Assembly (NCBI GenBank): GCA_965240325.2
Contig: OZ251230.1
Coordinates: 1,736,001-1,800,000, forward strand
DNA length: 64,000 nt
From: Rebecca billardiae RCC1528
Lineage: Eukaryota > Protista > Haptophyta
Direction: 5' to 3'
The notes under the pieces are model-generated. The model was given only the letters and a program-made list of their open reading frames with translations, had not been told where the DNA came from and made no database searches. This document shows positions 32,470-43,579 of the stretch, piece by piece (within the stretch, counting starts at the first letter, position 1; the number at the start of each line of letters is the position of its first letter). The position numbers were made by a program, and so were the translations under genes.

Positions 32470-34575
32470 CTATCGTACGAGTGACTAGAGTCGGCACGCC
32501 CCGACCGCCGCGGGCCAGGGCCGGGCATCGTTCGCTCCGGCCGCCGCCGCTGGCGGCGCCGGCCAGCCAGCCCGGGCTGCACCGGCCGGCGGCCTGCGGC
32601 CGCCCGCCGGCAGTGGTTGGTGGCAGCCGATGGAGGCCTGCCGTTCTGAACGTTCTCAAACGCGTTTGGGGCCTCGCCGTTCCGAACGGTTTGCCAAACG
32701 CTCCCAGTCTGGCTAAATGGCCGCGCGGCAAAGGCAAACTGCTGGCACGGCAAGGCCTGAACCTTGGCCATTACAAGACCACAGTCCTATTGCCATTGGC
32801 CAGGGCGCAGCCAGGCAGGGCCCTGGCCCGGCCCAGGCGGTGCCGGACCCCGCGGCCGTGCCCAGGCCCAGGGCCTCGGGCCAGGGCCAGGCAGTCGGGC
32901 CGACGCGAGACCGCGAAGTAGAATGAACCATTGCGCGTCGGGTATAGTCGATCTGACCCACAGAAACCACTACTGGGAGCTCTTCGTCGTAACGGTTCTA
33001 AGCCGTATAACTATAAGCGCGTCGCCGTCAGCGCCGCGCGGCGACTACTGCCTCGGGTCAGACTGACGTGAATAACTAATGTCGTCGTCGTCTAATCACT
33101 ACAGAGTACAGAGTGATGACTGGCGGATCTGACTGCTCGACGGCAACGCCGCCTAGAAACAACTGCCGACGATACTCTCATCGTCATCGATTATTCATCG
33201 TCACTTGCAGCAGCGGGGCAGCGCACTATGTTCTGCTCAGGCGGCGCCGGACCCCGCGCCCAGGGTCGGGCCGACGCGAGCGAGGTTCATTGCGCCTGAC
33301 TGATTCGTGCAGAGTGCCACGAGGTCGGCGACTTGGACGTGTGCGGGGCGCGTCGCCGCATACCAGATCTGGTCGGCAATGTCGTCGGCGACGAGCGAGA
33401 CCAGGTCCTTGTACACCGCATCCGCCTTCGCCTCGTCACCGCCGAAGCGCACGACGGAGAACTCGGTCTCGACGGCGCCGGGTGAGATGCACGTGACGCG
33501 CAGCGGCGTGCCGACGCTATCGTACGAGTGACTAGAGTCGGCACGCCCCGACCGCCGCGGGCCAGGGCCGGGCATCGTTCGCTCCGGCCGCCGCCGCTGG
33601 CGGCGCCGGCCAGCCAGCCCGGGCTGCACCGGCCGGCGGCCTGCGGCCGCCCGCCGGCAGTGGTTGGTGGCAGCCGATGGAGGCCTGCCGTTCTGAACGT
33701 TCTCAAACGCGTTTGGGGCCTCGCCGTTCCGAACGGTTTTGCCAAACGCTCCCAGTCTGGCTAAATGGCCGCGCGGCAAAGGCAAACTGCTGGCACGGCA
33801 AGGCCTGAACCTTGGCCATTACAAGACCACAGTCCTATTGCCATTGGCCAGGGCGCAGCCAGGCAGGGCCCTGGCCCGGCCCAGGCGGTGCCGGACCCCG
33901 CGGCCGTGCCCAGGCCCAGGGCCTCGGGCCAGGGCCAGGCAGTCGGGCCGACGCGAGACCGCGAAGTAGAATGAACCATTGCGCGTCGGGTATAGTCGAT
34001 CTGACCCACAGAAACCACTACTGGGAGCTCTTCGTCGTAACGGTTCTAAGCCGTATAACTATAAGCGCGTCGCCGTCAGCGCCGCGCGGCGACTACTGCC
34101 TCGGGTCAGACTGACGTGAATAACTAATGTCGTCGTCGTCTAATCACTACAGAGTACAGAGTCACTAGAGTGATGACTGGCGGATCTTAGACTGCTCGAC
34201 GGCAACGCCGCCTAGAAACAACTGCCGACGATACTCTCATCGTCATCGATTATTCATCGTCACTTGCAGCAGCGGGGCAGCGCACTATGTTCTGCTCAGG
34301 CGGCGCCGGACCCCGCGCCCAGGGTCGGGCCGACGCGAGCGAGGTTCATTGCGCCTGACTGATTCGTGCAGAGTGCCACGAGGTCGGCGACTTGGACGTG
34401 TGCGGGGCGCGTCGCCGCATACCAGATCTGGTCGGCAATGTCGTCGGCGACGAGCGAGACCAGGTCCTTGTACACCGCAGCCGCCTTCGCCTCGTCACCG
34501 CCGAAGCGCACGACGGAGAACTCGGTCTCGACGGCGCCGGGTGAGATGCACGTGACGCGCAGCGGCGTGCCGACG
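32470..34575. repeat. Tandem duplication (units 32470-33516 and 33517-34575) including the 3' end of the SDR gene
   Basis: Units of 1047 and 1059 bp that differ by +1, +9 and +2 bp insertions and one substitution that I could see. Confidence 0.95.
33237..33516 (-). pseudogene. Truncated duplicate of the SDR 3' end
   Basis: Encodes VGTPLRVTCISPGAVETEF...GSGAA*, as in the SDR C-terminus, but lacks the Rossmann fold and YxxxK. Confidence 0.9.
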
Positions 34576-35117
34576 AGGTCGTGGCGCGCCGAGGCTGTGA
34601 AGGCCGTGAGGGCGTGCTTGGTGGCCGCGTAGACCGAGCCGCCGGCGTACGTCTCGTGCCCGGCGATACTCCCGATGTTGATCACGTGGCCCTTGCTGCG
34701 GGCCTTCATCTCCTTGAGGAAGGTCGAGGCGACCATGATGGCTGCCGTCACGTTTGTATTGATCATCGTCTGCACAGGCGCGAGCTCGTTGGCGTCCGCA
34801 GCGTTCTTGCCGAGGGCGAGGCCCGCGTTATTCACGAGGATGTCGACCGCCCTGAACTCCTCGGGGAGCTCGGCCGGCAGATTGACGATGCGCTCAAACT
34901 CCTTTGACAGGTCGATCGTGATGGTGTGGCATGCGGCGCCGTGCTTTGAGGACAGTTCCTGAGCCAGCTGCTCCAGCCGCTCCGCACGGCGAGCCACCAG
35001 GACGAGCTTACGGCAGCCCTCCTCGGCGAAGCGCCGCGCCGTAGCCTGACCGATGCCAGCGCTCGCGCCAGTGACGAGCACCACCTTGTCCGCGAGGCTC
35101 TGCGTGGCGTACGGCAT
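34296..35117 (-). CDS. Short-chain dehydrogenase/reductase, YdfG/YMR226C-like NADP-dependent 3-hydroxy-acid dehydrogenase
   Basis: TGASAGIG, ARR, NNAGLALG, GSIAG, YAATK, PGAVETEFSVVRF; ATG at 35117. Confidence 0.92.
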   Translation of the reverse strand: MPYATQSLADKVVLVTGASAGIGQATARRFAEEGCRKLVLVARRAERLEQLAQELSSKHGAACHTITIDLSKEFERIVNLPAELPEEFRAVDILVNNAGLALGKNAADANELAPVQTMINTNVTAAIMVASTFLKEMKARSKGHVINIGSIAGHETYAGGSVYAATKHALTAFTASARHDLVGTPLRVTCISPGAVETEFSVVRFGGDEAKAAAVYKDLVSLVADDIADQIWYAATRPAHVQVADLVALCTNQSGAMNLARVGPTLGAGSGAA

Positions 35118-35423
35118 CGTGTGCGTGATTTGAGGTTGGCGGCGACTCCAGGTTCCGCCGTTCCGGAAGCTTCCCACGCCAAGGACAGTGACAGGATGAC
35201 ACCCTTTTTTGCCCACGCCAACCAGGGACGGGCGGGCGCTGATCAAGAGCTGGGCAGCCGGGCGTGCAATTCACCGCCATCGAGATTCGAGCTCGTTGAC
35301 CCGTTCTGATCCTGTGAGGCGCTAACAACCTCATCAATTCCGAGCATCGGCCAGCCGAAGACGCGAACGAGTTGCATAGCACCAGTCCCGGTCGTGGGAT
35401 GTCGTGGAGGGACCAAAGGCTCG

Positions 35424-37838
35424 TCACAGCAAGAAGGACTCGGTGTGCACGTCGCACGCGTGCGCGCGCGCGTGGATGCGAGCGTCGTCCAGAAGCGGCT
35501 GCGGGCCGCACGCAAACACGGCCGCGCGGCCGTCCCGGCTGGCCGCGGCCTGCGCGGCCGCCCGGACGAGCGTGTCCAGATCCGGCCGGCCGAGTGTGAA
35601 CGGTGGGAGCCCGGTCGCGTCGCCGGTGCCGGTGCCGGCGTCGGCGCGCGTGCCAGCGGTGCGTGGCGCGCCGGCGCGCGTCACGTGCAGCGCGAGCTCG
35701 ACCACGGCGCCCGAGGGCAGCGTCGTCGTGCCGCGGCTGAGCAGCTCGCGCCGAGCGGCGGCCTGCAGGCCCACCGTGCCGTGCTCGCCCTCGGCGTCCG
35801 GCCGGTCCGCCTCGGCGGGCGCGAGCAGGTGGCCCAGCCAGCGCAGCGTGCTGGCATCCCGGACCGTCCACACGAGCGTGAGCGCGCGCAGCCGCGGCAG
35901 GCTGGGCGCGGAGTGCAGCACGGAGATGAGCGGCGTGATACCCACGCCGCCGCCCACGAGAAGCAGCGCGCTGTACGCGCCGAGCTCGATCGCGGGCGCG
36001 CCGTGCGGCCCGCGCAGCAGCACGGGCGCGTCCGGCAGCGGCGCGGCGTCCGTGATGCCCCGCTGCCCCGCCGCACCGTCGGCGCCGCCGCTCGCGCACG
36101 CCGCCTGCGCCGCCTCGCGCAGCGCGCGCGTGAACGTGCCCGGGCCCATGTCCTTGACCAGGAAGCGCGCGGTCTGCGCGCCCGGCGCGCACGCGAGCGA
36201 GAACGGATGCGCCGCGCCGAGCCCGCGGACGGTGACGAACATGTACTGGGCGGCGCTGTGCGCGACGGGCGGCGTGGCCGTGCCGCCGACGGCGACGACC
36301 CTGTTGCGGCGCTTCAGCGAGGAGAGCGCGCCGGGCATGGGCAGCTCGAGCAGCGTGTGCTCGCCGTCGGTGCGCACGATCGCCGCGCGCCAAGCCGGCC
36401 GCGCGCGCAGCCGCGGCAGCAGCACGCGGCACAGCCACACCAGCGCCCACGCGGCGAGGGGCACGCCCATTGCCGGCGCGAGCGACGGCACGTGCACGGC
36501 GGCGAAGGCGAACGTGAGCTTCGTCAGCACGGCGTGCGCGCACCAGAACGCCTCCCACGCGCGCCGGCGGACGGGTGGAAGGGCCGCCAGCACTGAGAGC
36601 GTCGCCGCCGCCCAGCACGCCAGTCCAAAGGCCGGCAGCGCGCCCGACGCCCCGTGCGGCAGGAGCGGCGAGCTGCTCCCGAGGGAGGGAACGCTCAGCG
36701 CGCCGTGCACGCACATCGTCAGCCAGAGCAGCACGCCCGCCGCGCGGTGGTGGCGGACGGAGCGCTCGAAGGGCTGCGCGCCGAGCAGCGCGAGCGGACC
36801 GTAGTGCGCCGCGGGCACGCTCACCACGAGCAGCTGCCAGAACGCACACCCGCCCAGGGCTCGCCGCACCGCCGGCCCGCCCGCGCCGCCATCGACGGCG
36901 ACGAAGGCGACGTACGCGAGCAGACCTGCGACGTAGACGGCCCAGAAGAGGAGTTCCGCGCCCGTCGCCGTGCGCACGCCGCGCGCGATCGAGCGCGCCA
37001 CGTGCCCAAGCCCCGCCCCTGACGCGCCCGATCGGCCGGGCGGCGGCGGAGTGCCCATTGGCTGGGCCAGCCAGTGCGCCACCGTGCCTGGCTTCAGCCC
37101 CGAGGCGCGCGCGCGCGCTCGTGCCAGCAGCGCGGCGCCCAGCATCGCCAGAAGAAGGCAGCCGGCGAGCACAGCGCCGCCGACGTTGAGCGCCGGCGGG
37201 AGCAGGCTCTGCGTCCCCGCGGCCACCACGCCGCTCCCATCCGACCCCGGCCCGCCCGCGCCGGACGCGCCCGACATCAGGTCGATGGAGCGGCTCGCGC
37301 CGCGCGCGTCCGGCGCGTGCGCGTCGAGCAGGGCGCTGGAGCTCGGGTTGTACGACCAAAGCACGACGACGCCGTCGGCGCCGAGGTCGACGTCGTCGTC
37401 GCCGTCCGGGGACATGCGCAGCTCGAACTCCACGGTGAGCGTGCCGCCGCTCCCGCCCGCCACCTCGGACGAGGACGAGAGCAGGAACGAATCCGGCTTG
37501 CGGTCCGAGTCGGAGAGCGCCTGGTCGCGCAGCTTGTACGCGCGCACCGTATCGGCGTTGCCGAGGACCGCGTCGGCGCCCGCCATCGAGGAGGACGTGC
37601 CGAAGCCGACGCCGACCCAGCCACCGGCGTGCGGGCTGCGCACCGCGCCGCGCAGTGTGCGCGTCTCCTCTGCCGCCTCCTCTCCGTCGCCATCCCCCGA
37701 CTGCTGCGCACGACGCCGCTGTCGCCGCCTGTCGGCCGAGCTCTGGACGGACCACGAGAAGCCGACAGCGCCATCTTGCAGGCTGACGAAGTTGGTGTAG
37801 CCCGAGACCTTGAGCGCGTCGCCGTCGCCGCTGCTGCT

Positions 37839-37869
<31 letters not shown>

Positions 37870-38840
37870 TCCCCACCTGCGGAGGCGGATGCCTCGGGCG
37901 GCGAGGGCGGCGGTGAGGGCGGTGGTGATGGCGAGGTCGAGGACGGCGGTGGCTGCGGCGGCGGCGGCGAAGGCGGCGGTCCAGGCGAGGGCGAGGGCGG
38001 CGGCAAGGGTGGCGGTGAACGCGGCGGTGGAGGCGAGGGCGGCGGCGAGGGCGGCGGCGGACTCGGCGGCGGCGGCGGTGACGGGGGCGGTGACGGCGGA
38101 GAGGGCGGCGGCAGCGGATTCACACGCGGCGGCGGCGGCAGGTACGGCGGCGGTGCTGGCGGCGGTGGCGCTGACGGTGGCGGCGGGCGCGAGGGTGGCG
38201 GCGGCGGCCTAGGGGATGGAGGCGATGGAGGCGGGCGTGGTGGCGGCGGATGCGGCGGCGACAGCGGCGGCGGTGGTGATGGCGGCAGCCGCGGAGGCGA
38301 AGGTGATGGTGGCGGGCTGGACGGCGGTGGCGACGGCGAGGGAGACGGCGTGGGCTGCTGCACGACATTGACAGCGGGCGCCGAGTGCACCGCGTTGAAG
38401 TCGCCGCACAGCGCCTCGATCGTCCACGTCCCCGACGTGGGCGCGCGAACCGAAGACCATGTGCGCTGCGACGTCTTCGTCCGGTCTGGTTGGCACGCGC
38501 CATTGGACGTCTTGGCGATGACCTCAAAGTCGGAGCGCGAGGTGATGGTGAAGCTGTACAGCCCGTTCGGCGTGTACCCAGACGACAGGCTGCTCGGCGC
38601 CTCGATCGTACACAGCCCCAGGCCACCCGCTTGCTTGTTGCCGGCGGCCATGCCGCCAACGGGCTGTCCAACGGCGAACGAGGGCGAGCAGCCGTGGAAA
38701 TCTGGGTGCGCCGAGGCCTCACGGGGCAGATCGAGGTGGACGAGGATGGCCAGCAGGCCGGCGGTCCAGCGCACGACGGCGGCCGAGCGCCGTGCCGAGC
38801 GACGCTGTTGCATCGCTCGCACCAGGCCGCTGCACCCCAT
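35424..38840 (-). CDS. Reeler-like / Pro-rich stalk / DOMON / ferric reductase-NADPH oxidase family protein, copy L
   Basis: Signal peptide; reeler-like YTPNGLYSFTIT...WSSVRAPTSG; SPPP repeats; DOMON GWVGVGF..SMAGAD..LWSY..AH; two bis-His helices (HRAAG..CVH; HAVL..AVH); HPFS (FAD); LLVGGGVGITP and FACGP (NADPH); terminal ESF. Confidence 0.9.
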
Positions 38841-39204
38841 TGGCTCGACGCGAGGTGGTGTGAAGAACTGCAATGTCTGAATCCGTCAGTTCCGCCAGGC
38901 TTTCCAGCAACAAGGACCATCAAATACCTTGATGATCCTTTCAGCAACAAGGTCGAGCTGTAGCCGGGATGGCTTGGAGCTTGCTCTTCATGATGTTGTG
39001 GCGCGGACCAAAGAAGGGCGAAAAGGAGAAGGCCGCACGGGCAAGCGAACCTTGGTCGCTGGACAGGTGCGCCGAGAGATTCGGAAATCAGACCGTGCCC
39101 GGCCGGTCCGGAGCGGTGCGGTGATGATGAGCTGGAGAGCAGCGCGGGGCCGCCGAGCCGGTCGGATCGATCTGGACCGAGGTGGACCCTGCTCGGTCAC
39201 GACA

Positions 39205-42200
39205 ATGAGCCTCATGAGGTGCATCGGCCTGGTGCGAGCGATCCACCGGCGTCGGTCGGCACGGCGCTCGGCCACCTCAATGCGCTCGACCGCCGGCCTG
39301 GTGGCCATCCTCGTCCACCTCGATCTGCCCCGTGAGGCCTTGGCTTATCCGGATTTCCACGGCTGCTCGCCCTCGTTCGCCGTTGGACAGCCGGTGGGCG
39401 GCATGAACGCCGGCGACAAGCAGGCGGGTGGCCAGGGGCTGTGCACGATCGAGGCGCCGGGCAGCCTGTCGTCGGGGTACACGCCGAACCAGCTATACAG
39501 CTTCACCATCACCTCGCGCTCCGACTTTGCGGTCGCCTCCAAGACGTCCAACGGCGCGTGCTTCACAGACCGGACAAAGTTATCGGAGCGCACATGGTCC
39601 GAGGTGCTCGCGCCCGATTCGGGCACGTGGACGATTGAGGCGATTTGCGGCCGCTGGGGCGGGGTGTACTCGGCGCCCGCTGTCAATGTCGCGCCGCAGC
39701 CGTCGCCGCCGCCGTCCAACCCGCCACCATCGCCCCCACCTCGGCGACCGCCGCCGTCACCTCCGCCGCCCAGCCCGCCGCCGTTTCCGCCGCCACCGCG
39801 CCCACCACCATCGCCCCCACCCCCGAGCTCACCGCCGTCGTCGCCGCCATCGTCGCCACCAGTACCGCCGCCTTCGCCGCCGCCGAGTCCACCGCCCTCG
39901 ACGCCACCGCAGCCACCGCCGCCGCCTCCGCCGTCGCCGCCACCTCCACTACCGCCGCCGCCATCGCCGCCGCCATCGCCGCCGCCGGGGCTGCCACCCT
40001 CGCCGCCGCCCGTGCCGCCTCCGTCACCGCCTCCGTCGCCACCGCCAGCACCGCCACCCACTCAGCCACCATCGCCGCCGCCAACACCGCCGCCAACACC
40101 GCCGCCGTCGCCGCCGCCGTCGCCGCCGCCAGCACTGCCGCCCTTGCCGCCGCCGTCACCGCCGCCATCACCGCCACCGTCGCCTCCACCGCCATCCCCG
40201 CCGCCATCCCCGCCGCCAGCGCCACCGCCGTCGCCGCCACCAGCGCCGCCACCTACGCCACCACCACCGCCCCGCGTCCTGCCACTGCCGCCGCCATCAC
40301 CACCCTCGCCGCCACCGTCGCCTCCGCCATCGCCGCCGCCGTTGCCACCGCCCCGGCCACCGCCATCGCCGCCACCCGTGCCGCCGCCCTCGCCGCCGCC
40401 CTCTCCGCCGCCCTCGCCACCACCGACGCCGCCGCCATTGCCACCGCCATCGCCGCCACCGCCATCACCGCCGCCGTCGCCACCGCCGTCGCCACCGCCA
40501 GCTCCGCCGCCCGTGCCGCCGCCCTCGCCACCGCCCTCGCCGCCGCCGTCGCCACCGCCCTCGCCGCCGCCCCTGCAGCCGCCGAGCCCGCCGCCATCGC
40601 CCCCGCCTGCAACTCCGCCGTCGCCGCCGCCGTCACCGCCGCCATCGCCGCCACCATCACCGCCGCCACCACCCCCACCCTCACCCCCGCCCATGCCACC
40701 GCCTTCACCTCCGCCGAGGCTGCCGCCGAGGCCGCCACCGTCGCCCCCGCCCTCGCCGCCACCGCCTCCACCGCCGTCGCCGCCGTCGTCACCGCCGCCA
40801 TCACCGCCGCCATCACCACCGCCCTCACCGCCGCCCTCGCCGCCCGAGGCGTCCGCCTCCGCAGGTGGCGATGACGACGACGACGACGGCAGCAGCAGCG
40901 GCGACGGCGACGCGCTCAAGGTCTCGGGCTACACCAATTTCGTCAGCCTGCAAGATGGCGCTGTCGGCTTCTCGTGGTCTGTCGAGAGCTCGGCCGACAG
41001 GCGGCGACAGCGGCGTCGTGCGCAGCAGTCGGAGGATGGCGACGGAGAGGAGGCGGCGGAGGACACGCGCACGCTGCGCGGCGCGGTGCGCAGCCCGCAC
41101 GCCGGTGGCTGGGTCGGCGTCGGCTTCGGCACGTCCTCTTCGATGGCGGGCGCTGACGCGGTCCTCGGCAACGCCGATACGGTGCGCGCGTACAAGCTGC
41201 GCGACCAGGCGCTCTCAGACTCGGACCGCAAGCCGGATTCGTTCCTGCTCTCGTCCTCGTCCGAGGTGGCGGGCGGGAGCGGCGGCACGCTCACCGTGGA
41301 GTTCGAGCTGCGCATGTCCCCGGACGGCGACGACGACGTCGACCTCGGCGCCGACGGCGTCGTCGTGCTCTGGTCGTACAACCCGAGCTCCAGCGCCCTG
41401 CTCGACGCGCACGCGCCGGACGCGCGCGGCGCGAGCCGCTCCATCGACCTGATGTCGGGCGCGTCCGGCGCGGGCGGGCCGGGGTCCGATGGGAGCGGCG
41501 TGGTGGCCGCGGGGACGCAGAGCCTGCTCCCGCCGGCGCTCAACGTCGGCGGCGCTGTGCTCGCCGGCTGCCTTCTTCTGGCGATGCTGGGCGCCGCGCT
41601 GCTGGCACGAGCGCGCGCGCGCGCCTCGGGGCTGAAGCCAGGCACGGTGGCGCACTGGCTGGCCCAGCCAATGGGCACTCCGCCGCCGCCCGGCCGATCG
41701 GGCGCGTCAGGGGCGGGGCTTGGGCACGTGGCGCGCTCGATCGCGCGCGGCGTGCGCACGGCGACGGGCGCGGAACTCCTCTTCTGGGCCGTCTACGTCG
41801 CAGGTCTGCTCGCGTACGTCGTCTTTGTCGCCGTCGATGGCGGCGCGGCGAGCGCAGGCGGCGCGGGCGGGCCGGCGGTGCGGCGAGCCCTGGGCGGGTG
41901 TGCGTTCTGGCAGCTGCTCGTGGTGAGCGTGCCCGCGGCGCACTACGGCCCGCTCGCGCTGCTCGGCGCGCAGCCCTTTGAGCGCTCCGTCCGCCACCAC
42001 CGCGCGGCGGGCGTGCTGCTCTGGCTGACGATGTGCGTGCACGGCGCGCTAAGTGCCGCAGCCCTCGGGAGCAGCTCGCTGACACTGCTGCCACACGGGG
42101 CGTCGGGTGTGATGCCGGCCTTTGGCGTGGCGTGCTGGGCGGCAGCGACGCTCTCGGTGCTTGTGGCCCTTCCACCCGTCCGCCGGCGCGCGTGGGAGGC

Positions 42201-43338
42201 CTTCTGGTGCGCGCACGCCGTGCTGACGAAGCTCACCTTCGCCTTTGCCGCCGTGCACGTGCCGTCGCTCGCGCCGGCGATGGGCGTGCCTCTCGCCGCG
42301 TGGGCGCTGGTGTGGCTGTGCCGCGTGCTGCTGCCGCGGCTGCGCGCGCGGCCGGCGTGGCGCGCGGCGAGCGTGCGCACCGACGGCGAGCACACGCTGC
42401 TCGAGCTGCCCATGCCCGGCACGCTCTCCTCCTCCAAGCGCGGCAACATGGTCGTCACCGTCGGCGGGCGCGGCGGCGGGGCCGGCACGGCTGCGCCGCC
42501 CGCTGCGCACAGCGCCGCCCAGTACATGTTCGTCAGCGTCCGCGGGCTCGGCGCCGCGCATCCGTTCTCGCTCGCGTGCGCGCCGGGCGCGCAGACCGCG
42601 CGCTTCCTGGTCAAGGACATGGGCCCGGGCACGTTCACGCGCGCGCTGCGCGAGGCGGCGCAGGCGGCGTGCGCGAGCGGCGGCGCCGACGGTGCGGCGG
42701 GGCAGCGGGGCATCACGGACGCCGCGCCGCTGCCGGACGCGCCCGTGCTGCTGCGCGGGCCGTACGGCGCGCCCGCGATCGAGCTCGGCGCGTACAGCGC
42801 GCTGCTTCTCGTGGGCGGCGGCGTGGGCATCACGCCGCTCATCTCCGTGCTGCACTCCGCGCCCAGCCTGCCGCGGCTGCGCGCGCTCACGCTCGTGTGG
42901 ACGGTCCGGGATGCCAGCACGCTGCGCTGGCTGGGCCACCTGCTCGCGCCCGCCGAGGCGGACCGGCCGGACGCCGAGGGCGAGCACGGCACGGTGGGCC
43001 TGCAGGCCGCCGCTCGGCGCGAGCTGCTCAGCCGCGGCACGACGACGCTGCCCTCGGGCGCCGTGGTCGAGCTCGCGCTGCACGTGACGCGCGCCGGCGC
43101 GCCACGCACCGCTGGCACGCGCGCCGACGCCGGCTCCGGCACTGCGACGAGCCTCCCACCGTTCACACTCGGCCGGCCGGATCTGGATGCGCTCTTCCGG
43201 GCGGCCGCACAGGCCGCGGCTAGTCGATACGGCCGCGCGGCCGTGTTTGCGTGCGGCCCGCAGCCGCTTCTGGACGACGCTCGCATCCACGCGCGCGCGC
43301 ACGCGTGCGACGTGCACACTGAGTCCTTCTTGCTGTGA
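39205..43338 (+). CDS. Reeler-like / Pro-rich stalk / DOMON / ferric reductase-NADPH oxidase family protein, copy R (longer stalk)
   Basis: Same motifs as copy L in inverted orientation; ATG at 39205; Pro/Ser stalk about 39694-40845. Confidence 0.9.
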   Translation: MSLMRCIGLVRAIHRRRSARRSATSMRSTAGLVAILVHLDLPREALAYPDFHGCSPSFAVGQPVGGMNAGDKQAGGQGLCTIEAPGSLSSGYTPNQLYSFTITSRSDFAVASKTSNGACFTDRTKLSERTWSEVLAPDSGTWTIEAICGRWGGVYSAPAVNVAPQPSPPPSNPPPSPPPRRPPPSPPPPSPPPFPPPPRPPPSPPPPSSPPSSPPSSPPVPPPSPPPSPPPSTPPQPPPPPPPSPPPPLPPPPSPPPSPPPGLPPSPPPVPPPSPPPSPPPAPPPTQPPSPPPTPPPTPPPSPPPSPPPALPPLPPPSPPPSPPPSPPPPSPPPSPPPAPPPSPPPAPPPTPPPPPRVLPLPPPSPPSPPPSPPPSPPPLPPPRPPPSPPPVPPPSPPPSPPPSPPPTPPPLPPPSPPPPSPPPSPPPSPPPAPPPVPPPSPPPSPPPSPPPSPPPLQPPSPPPSPPPATPPSPPPSPPPSPPPSPPPPPPPSPPPMPPPSPPPRLPPRPPPSPPPSPPPPPPPSPPSSPPPSPPPSPPPSPPPSPPEASASAGGDDDDDDGSSSGDGDALKVSGYTNFVSLQDGAVGFSWSVESSADRRRQRRRAQQSEDGDGEEAAEDTRTLRGAVRSPHAGGWVGVGFGTSSSMAGADAVLGNADTVRAYKLRDQALSDSDRKPDSFLLSSSSEVAGGSGGTLTVEFELRMSPDGDDDVDLGADGVVVLWSYNPSSSALLDAHAPDARGASRSIDLMSGASGAGGPGSDGSGVVAAGTQSLLPPALNVGGAVLAGCLLLAMLGAALLARARARASGLKPGTVAHWLAQPMGTPPPPGRSGASGAGLGHVARSIARGVRTATGAELLFWAVYVAGLLAYVVFVAVDGGAASAGGAGGPAVRRALGGCAFWQLLVVSVPAAHYGPLALLGAQPFERSVRHHRAAGVLLWLTMCVHGALSAAALGSSSLTLLPHGASGVMPAFGVACWAAATLSVLVALPPVRRRAWEAFWCAHAVLTKLTFAFAAVHVPSLAPAMGVPLAAWALVWLCRVLLPRLRARPAWRAASVRTDGEHTLLELPMPGTLSSSKRGNMVVTVGGRGGGAGTAAPPAAHSAAQYMFVSVRGLGAAHPFSLACAPGAQTARFLVKDMGPGTFTRALREAAQAACASGGADGAAGQRGITDAAPLPDAPVLLRGPYGAPAIELGAYSALLLVGGGVGITPLISVLHSAPSLPRLRALTLVWTVRDASTLRWLGHLLAPAEADRPDAEGEHGTVGLQAAARRELLSRGTTTLPSGAVVELALHVTRAGAPRTAGTRADAGSGTATSLPPFTLGRPDLDALFRAAAQAAASRYGRAAVFACGPQPLLDDARIHARAHACDVHTESFLL

Positions 43339-43579
43339 CGAGCCTGTGGTCCCTGGAGGGCATGCCACCACCACGGCGGGACTGACACGGTGCTGTAGTT
43401 AGTAGGCTAATTGTAAGCCAGTAGTAGTTAGTGACTGACAAAGTGTAGTAGCAGTATGAGCAGATAGTATAGTCGTAAGTAGTAAGTAAGCTATGTATCT
43501 GCCACATTGACCCTCCTTCAGTCCTTGATTGCCCAAGCCCGCGGAGGCGCGGACGGGTCCCGGGGCCGGGCCGGGGGGC

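Noticed and set aside
33237-33785. 182-aa chimeric ORF ending in SDR sequence
   Set aside because: Created by the tandem-duplication junction; lacks cofactor-binding and catalytic residues.
35008-37755. 915-aa alternate-frame ORF, and Gly-rich antisense ORFs over the Pro stalks
   Set aside because: Frame shadows of the reductase genes.
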